Of a DNA stretch of 29,588 nucleotides, positions 24,910 through 29,588 are shown one piece after another. Where the stretch lies: the IMG/VR virus record IMGVR_UViG_3300036978_001050; one strand, given 5' to 3'. The notes beneath the pieces were generated by a model. That model saw only the letters and a list, made by a program, of their open reading frames with translations, ran no database searches and was not told where the DNA came from. The DNA is from a virus (lineage: Duplodnaviria; Caudoviricetes). The position numbers were made by a program, and so were the translations under genes. Each line of letters begins with the position of its first letter. Position 1 is the first letter of the stretch.

Positions 24910-25680
24910 ATGACCACCACCCCTTGCGGGCGGATGGAGCCGACGCCAGGTCCCACCACCGCCTTTGATCTCAACCAGGCCTTGTTGCAGAGCCGCGAGC
25001 AGGCCCGCGCCCAGTGGGCCGAGGGCCTGGCCCAGTTCCAGTCCCAGATGGCCGCCATCGCCGACACCTCAATGCAGGAGGTCGTTCAGGCGGCGGCGCC
25101 GGCCTTTGCCCTGGGCTTCTCGTTCAGCGCCCAGAAGCTGATCAACGAGGAGCACGAGGTGCTGCGGGTGACCCTGCGGCACCGCGGCGGCGCCGAGGAG
25201 TTCAGCGAAGCTCAGGCGCCCCAGGAGGGCAGTGCCGTCTGGCATGCGCTCACCGCTTCCCTGTTGGCGGGCCTGCTGGGCATTCCTGTGGGCAAACCTC
25301 CTCGGACTATCGAGCCGAATCAGGTGCGACCGCAGCCCTCGGTTTCCGCTTCCGGTGCTGAGGCCGCGGCAACTTCAGCAGCCACCGCCCCCACTGCGGA
25401 CGACCCCGAAGCCGCAGACGACGAGTGGGACACCGGCGCTCCGGATGGCCCCGCAGCCAGCGACCCGGGCCTGGAGCCCTTGTCGGACGAGGAGATCGCC
25501 ACCCTGCACAAGTTCCTCGGGGCGATGCCTCAGGAGGCGCGCAAGCGCTTCACGATCGAGTTCCGCCACCACTTCCAGGTGCCCCGGGAGGTGCGGACGA
25601 TCAAGGACCGCATCACCCAGCGGCGCCACAAGGACTTCATCGACGTGTTCGAGCGCGAGCTGGCGGGGGGAACGCCATGA
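24910..25680 (+). CDS. Divergent ERF-like single-strand annealing protein (putative)
   Basis: GFSFSAQ..VTLRHRGGAEEFS..QEGSAVWHALTASLLAGLLGI parallels the ERF motif layout. Confidence 0.55.
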   Translation: MTTTPCGRMEPTPGPTTAFDLNQALLQSREQARAQWAEGLAQFQSQMAAIADTSMQEVVQAAAPAFALGFSFSAQKLINEEHEVLRVTLRHRGGAEEFSEAQAPQEGSAVWHALTASLLAGLLGIPVGKPPRTIEPNQVRPQPSVSASGAEAAATSAATAPTADDPEAADDEWDTGAPDGPAASDPGLEPLSDEEIATLHKFLGAMPQEARKRFTIEFRHHFQVPREVRTIKDRITQRRHKDFIDVFERELAGGTP

Positions 25681-25916
25681 GTGTCTGCCGCCGCGCCTAC
25701 GCCAGGCCCCAGCCGCGGTCGCAGCACGGCCGTCACTATCTGTGCGTCTGCGTGCACAGCGATGTCTACCGGCAGGTGCGGCAGCTGTCGGCCCAGCACC
25801 AGCTGTCTCTCTCCGGTGCCGCCCATCACCTGTTGCGGCTGGGTGCCGGCCTGGAGCCCCTGCTTCCCCTGTCCTCTTCCTCTTCCAACCTGAACAGCAA
25901 GTCCCATGGCGATTGA
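25677..25916 (+). CDS. Ribbon-helix-helix-like small DNA-binding protein
   Basis: ATGA overlap with the previous gene; LCVCVHSDVYRQVRQLSAQHQLSLSGAAHHLLRLG. Confidence 0.65.
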   Translation: MSVCRRAYARPQPRSQHGRHYLCVCVHSDVYRQVRQLSAQHQLSLSGAAHHLLRLGAGLEPLLPLSSSSSNLNSKSHGD

Positions 25917-26586
25917 ACTCAACGACGGCAGCCGCATCGCGGCGCCGGTGATCCGGCAGCAGCGCCTCGGTGAGGTGGGCTATCTGGCGATCGTGCGCCC
26001 GGAGCAGCGCGACCGCTTGCGCAAGAACCTCAGCAGCGGCGCGATGGAGCCGATCCCCAACGGCACTGACCGCCAGGGCCGGCCCAAGGTCAAGCAGGAA
26101 ATGGTGGTGCATGCGATCGCCATGCCGGGCACGACGATGGAGGCCCGCATCGGTGATGAGGGCGGGGTGCCGGCCCCAGGGGATCGGGTGCGGCTGATCC
26201 TCAAGGCCAAGGGGTTTGGCGAGTGGATCGAGGCGCGCCGTCAGCACCGTCGCGGCCGGCTGAACGTGGGGGATGTGCTGGTGCTGGAGACCCGCTGGGC
26301 CCAGCAGTACGACCAGGACGGCAACCCCAAGGGCCCCAAGATCGAAGACCAGGCGGCGGCCGATGCGGTGCCGCGCAACGTCACGATCGGCTTCTACGGC
26401 CCGCTGAGCATCCGCGAGGGCACGGACCCCGCCTGGATCGAAGCGGCGGAGCAGGCCTACAAGGCTGATGAGGCTGCTGTCCGCCAGCAGCAGGCGATCC
26501 CGCTGGCGGATGGGGAGGACTACGGCGATGAGTTCGCCGATGTCGCACCACAAGGTGCGCTTTCCAGAGAGGAGGTGCCGTTCTGA
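25906..26586 (+). CDS. Putative phage single-stranded DNA-binding protein
   Basis: Beta-rich core with acidic tail DGEDYGDEF...EEVPF; near the ERF-like gene. Confidence 0.55.
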   Translation: MAIELNDGSRIAAPVIRQQRLGEVGYLAIVRPEQRDRLRKNLSSGAMEPIPNGTDRQGRPKVKQEMVVHAIAMPGTTMEARIGDEGGVPAPGDRVRLILKAKGFGEWIEARRQHRRGRLNVGDVLVLETRWAQQYDQDGNPKGPKIEDQAAADAVPRNVTIGFYGPLSIREGTDPAWIEAAEQAYKADEAAVRQQQAIPLADGEDYGDEFADVAPQGALSREEVPF

Positions 26587-26870
26587 TGGCCCACCCCCAA
26601 CACCCGGGCCGCACGCCGCGGCCCATGGCGCAACCCCAGTTGCCGGCCTTTTGTCGCACGCGCCGGCCCATCACCACCACCGTGCGACATGGCGACCTAC
26701 GGCAGCTGCAATGGCTGGTGTGGCTGGTGCTGGCCCTTGAGCTGAGCACGCTGCTGCTGGTCCTGGCGGGCCCGGTGCCGGCTCCACTGGCCGCGACCCC
26801 TGGGGGATTCACCCCCGCAGTGTTCGCGTCGCGGCATGACGCCCCTGTCCCCTCGCCTTCCCAGCCATGA
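26586..26870 (+). CDS. Small single-TM membrane protein
   Basis: LQWLVWLVLALELSTLLLVLAG; overlaps both neighbouring genes. Confidence 0.55.
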   Translation: MAHPQHPGRTPRPMAQPQLPAFCRTRRPITTTVRHGDLRQLQWLVWLVLALELSTLLLVLAGPVPAPLAATPGGFTPAVFASRHDAPVPSPSQP

Positions 26871-27634
26871 GCAACACGTCCGCTCTGGTGCCCTACCTGT
26901 TCGAGGGGCACCGCATCCGGGTGAGCACCGATCCGCAGGGCGAGGCCTGGATCGTCGTCGCCGATGCCTGCGCTGCGCTGGCGGAGAACCCGATGGTCTG
27001 GGCCATCGCGAATAGGCGAGACGAGGAGGAGCACTACCTCCATTCGGAGGAGGGTCCCGGCGCCGGTGGTTTCACCCTGGCGCTGATCAACGAATCCACG
27101 CTTCTGCGCAGGCTGCTGAACAGCAACAACCCCAGCGCACCGCGGATGCGGCGCTGGCTCACCCACGAACTGCTGCCCGCTCTGCAGCGCCGCCACGAGG
27201 GCAACGGAGAGCTGCCGCGACGCAGCATCGAGGCGATCCGCAGGCAAACCGCAGCAGAGGTGCTGCGCGGGGCCGACGAGATCATCCACCTCACCGGGGT
27301 GTCCCATGCCGAGGCCCTACTCAGCGTCCTGGAGGAGATCCAAGCCCACAGCAGTCCCGCCGCCGCTGACCCGAAGCAACGCGTCTCGCAGCGTGCAGCG
27401 GTGGCCTGGATGACGGCTGATCAGCTGGCAGACCGACTGGATGAAACGCTCCGCCACGCCAACCAGCGGCTCGCTACCGCCGGATTGCAGCAGCGCAACG
27501 AGGACGATGAATGGCAGCTCACAGAAGCCGGCCGTGACTGGGGCGTCGCCCTGCCGCTCTGCAGTCGGGGAGAGCGCCGCCAGCAGATCCTCTGGGATCC
27601 GGCCGTGGTGGCGTTGCTGCACCAGACCAACTGA
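26867..27634 (+). CDS. Bro-N domain antirepressor-like protein
   Basis: YLFEGHRIRV...GEAWIVVADACAAL...LINESTL..L...RRWLTHELLPAL; C-terminal WQLTEAG. Confidence 0.85.
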   Translation: MSNTSALVPYLFEGHRIRVSTDPQGEAWIVVADACAALAENPMVWAIANRRDEEEHYLHSEEGPGAGGFTLALINESTLLRRLLNSNNPSAPRMRRWLTHELLPALQRRHEGNGELPRRSIEAIRRQTAAEVLRGADEIIHLTGVSHAEALLSVLEEIQAHSSPAAADPKQRVSQRAAVAWMTADQLADRLDETLRHANQRLATAGLQQRNEDDEWQLTEAGRDWGVALPLCSRGERRQQILWDPAVVALLHQTN

Positions 27635-27684
27635 AAGGCACCAAACCAATCCAAGACACACACCTGAGACCCAGTCCATCAGCC

Positions 27685-27891
27685 ATGACATCCGCAACCG
27701 ATCGACTGCTGCGGCTCCCGGAGGTGATCCACCGGGTCGGCCTCTCACGCACCACGATCTACAGCCTGATCGCCACAGGCGAGTTCCCCAGGCAGATCGT
27801 GATTGGCCCACGGGCGGTGGCCTGGTCCCAGCAGGAGCTGGAGGCCTGGATCACCTCCAAGCGTCAGGCTGCCTGCAGCGCTGATGGTTGA
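27685..27891 (+). CDS. alpA: AlpA-family regulator/excisionase
   Basis: RLLRLPEVIHRVGLSRTTIYSLIATGEFPRQIVIGPRAVAW...ELEAWI. Confidence 0.92.
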   Translation: MTSATDRLLRLPEVIHRVGLSRTTIYSLIATGEFPRQIVIGPRAVAWSQQELEAWITSKRQAACSADG

Positions 27892-29144
27892 GCAGCCATC
27901 TCTGCGCTCAGCTCTGAGACCGGCGCCAGACCAGCAGCGACGGCCACCTGATCGAGCAGATCGGCCCAGCGCTGCAGCATGTCGGAGCGCTCCTCGAGAT
28001 ATTCGGCCCAGTCGTAGGCCCGGCTGACGCTGTTGCCATCGGCATGGGCCAGCTGCTTTTCAGTCACCACCCTGGGGATCTTGAGCTGCTCGATGCAGTT
28101 GGTCTGCCCGAAGCCCCTGAAACCATGGGGTGTCTGCCGCCCCTGGAAGCCCATGCGCCGCAGCAGCATCGAGAGGCAGCCATTGCTCATCACCCGCAGT
28201 TCTCCATTGCCGCGGTGATTGGGGGTGTGAAAGACCAGATCGGTGTGGCCACTGATCGGCCGCTGCAGCTCAAATAACAACCGCGCCTGCGAGGAGAGCG
28301 GCACGATGTGGCGAACGCGGGTCTTCATGCGTTCAGCGGGAATGATCCACTGACGACCCTCGGTATCCACTTCGCTCCAACGGGCTTCCCGGAGTTCACT
28401 GGGCCGCACCAGGGTGAGCATCATCAGGCGCAAAGCGATGAGGCTGCTGCGCTCGGCCAGCCGCTGTTGCTCGAACCGTTCGATGGCCTCCAGCAGCTCG
28501 GGCAGCTCCACCCAGCTGATGCGGTGGTAGTGGGTGACGCGCGTGGCGGCGATGACCTTGCGGGCTTTGACGGCGGGGTTGTCCTGTCGAAGTTCGAGGT
28601 CAACCGCGTGCTCGATCACGCGACGGGTGACGTCGTTGCAGCGGCGGGCCTGTTCATGGGCACCCCTGGCGAGGATGGGCGCGAGCAGCTGGGTTTCAAT
28701 GTCGCTGCGAGTGATCGCCTCGATATCCAGTTGCCCCAGTGCCGGTATCACGAAGTGATCAAGTTTCTCTCGCATATCTCTGCAATAGCGGGGGCTCCAG
28801 CTGGCGCTGTGGTGCTCAAACCAGGCCTGAGCGATCTGGGCAAACGGACGGCGGCTGTTCTGCACCTGCTTGCGCTGCTGGCCTGGGGCCTGGGTGCGTG
28901 GATCGATCCCGGTTTTGATCCAGGTGTTCAGCTCCAGGGCCTGCTTGCGGGCATCGGCGAGCCGCATAGCCGGGTAGGCGCCAATGGTGAAGGTGCGGCG
29001 TGCTCCCTGCCAGCGGTAGTCCTTGCGCCAGGTCTTGGAGCCGGAGCGCGCCACCCAGAGGTAGAGGCCATCCCGGTCGTGGTGCTTGGTGCCCGGCCTG
29101 TCCGGGTCGGGCCGTAGGGCCTGGATCGCCTTGTCACTGAGCAT
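27864..29144 (-). CDS. int: P4-like tyrosine integrase
   Basis: N-terminal arm-binding domain (DRDGLYLWV..SGSKTW..TIGAYPAMRLADAR); catalytic R (VRPSELR), K (MKTR), HGFR, LAH, Y (RAYD). Confidence 0.95.
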   Translation of the reverse strand: MLSDKAIQALRPDPDRPGTKHHDRDGLYLWVARSGSKTWRKDYRWQGARRTFTIGAYPAMRLADARKQALELNTWIKTGIDPRTQAPGQQRKQVQNSRRPFAQIAQAWFEHHSASWSPRYCRDMREKLDHFVIPALGQLDIEAITRSDIETQLLAPILARGAHEQARRCNDVTRRVIEHAVDLELRQDNPAVKARKVIAATRVTHYHRISWVELPELLEAIERFEQQRLAERSSLIALRLMMLTLVRPSELREARWSEVDTEGRQWIIPAERMKTRVRHIVPLSSQARLLFELQRPISGHTDLVFHTPNHRGNGELRVMSNGCLSMLLRRMGFQGRQTPHGFRGFGQTNCIEQLKIPRVVTEKQLAHADGNSVSRAYDWAEYLEERSDMLQRWADLLDQVAVAAGLAPVSELSAEMAAQPSALQAA

Positions 29145-29202
29145 GGCGGACAGCGCCGGAACGCTGGCGCGGGAGGGGATGTCGGCGGTTCAGCCAGGCT
29201 GG

Positions 29203-29252
29203 TGACGGTATAGACCCGGACCCGGCTGGCTATACCGTCAAAAATACCGTCA
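29203..29252. promoter_or_regulatory. Putative integrase arm-type binding sites
   Basis: TGACGGTATA (29203-29212), TATACCGTCA (29231-29240) and AATACCGTCA (29243-29252) between int and the tRNA. Confidence 0.65.
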
Positions 29253-29367
29253 TCCGCAGCGGCTGTAGCGGGCTCTCAGCGGATCTACCCGGACAAGCCT
29301 AAAGGGCAGATCGACTGCGCTGGAACAGTTTTGGGATTTCCTCGAATCCCTTCGGATCCTGTCTAAA

Positions 29368-29452
29368 CGGAGAGGGTGGGATTCGAACCCACGGAAGGTT
29401 GCCCTTCAAACGATTTCGAGTCGTTCGCTTTCGACCACTCAGCCACCTCTCC
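29368..29452 (-). tRNA. tRNA-Ser(CGA), no encoded CCA
   Basis: GGAGAGGTGGCTGAGTGGTCGAAAGCG-AACGA-CTCGAAA-TCGTT, long variable arm, GTGGGTTCGAATCCCAC-CCTCTCCG; TAGAGT -10-like box at 29466-29471. Confidence 0.97.
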
Positions 29453-29489
29453 AGGCGACTGGCGCACTCTAGGGATCGGCCTTCCCGGC

Positions 29490-29588
29490 TCAGGCCAGCC
29501 GCCATCCGCTGCCTGAACCGGCAGCCGGCCACCAGAGCCGTTCCGGCGGCAGGGCCGGCAGCCGTCGCCGCTCGGCCGCCGAGGGCCG
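29490..29588 (-). CDS. 3' end of a probable host gene (partial)
   Basis: Open frame from the window edge, RPSAAERRRLPALPPERLWWPAAGSGSGWRLA*, ending upstream of the tRNA promoter. Confidence 0.35.
   Translation of the reverse strand, partial: RPSAAERRRLPALPPERLWWPAAGSGSGWRLA

Larger units (their letters stand above)
1..29367. mobile_element. Prophage or capsid-encoding phage-satellite-like element integrated at the 3' end of tRNA-Ser(CGA); left boundary probably outside the window
   Basis: Integrase lies directly downstream of a tRNA, followed by AlpA, primase-helicase, terminase, portal and capsid genes. No second copy of the tRNA 3' end was seen. Confidence 0.9.

Noticed and set aside
22037-26120. 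HIP1 GCGATCGC sites (22037, 26113)
   Set aside because: Only a couple were noticed. This is compatible with a cyanobacterial host but not evidence of enrichment.

Overview
This window holds most of a ~70% GC integrated phage-like element, probably from a picocyanobacterium (Cyanobium/Synechococcus-like; inferred). It sits at the 3' end of tRNA-Ser(CGA) (29368-29452, minus strand). The second att copy was not seen, so the element probably extends past position 1. From right to left it encodes a P4-like integrase, AlpA, Bro-N, an SSB-like and an ERF-like protein, an XRE repressor, a primase-helicase with an iteron origin, a PD-(D/E)XK nuclease, a Holliday-junction resolvase, TerS/TerL, a SigF-like sigma lacking region 4, a low-GC ATPase moron, portal, a LysM protein, scaffold, an L,D-transpeptidase/holin-like pair, a MazF/PemK toxin-antitoxin module, major capsid and cement-like proteins, fibre and beta-propeller proteins, and a second SigF-like sigma lacking region 3. 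The most notable signals are: (i) no tail tube, sheath or tape-measure gene; (ii) four related hairpins with differing stem sequences, each just upstream of a counter-oriented gene; (iii) an exact CTGGCAACAG motif upstream of late genes; (iv) two complementary domain-deleted sigma factors; (v) nested LysM domains. All protein calls come from motif recognition by eye, not database searches.
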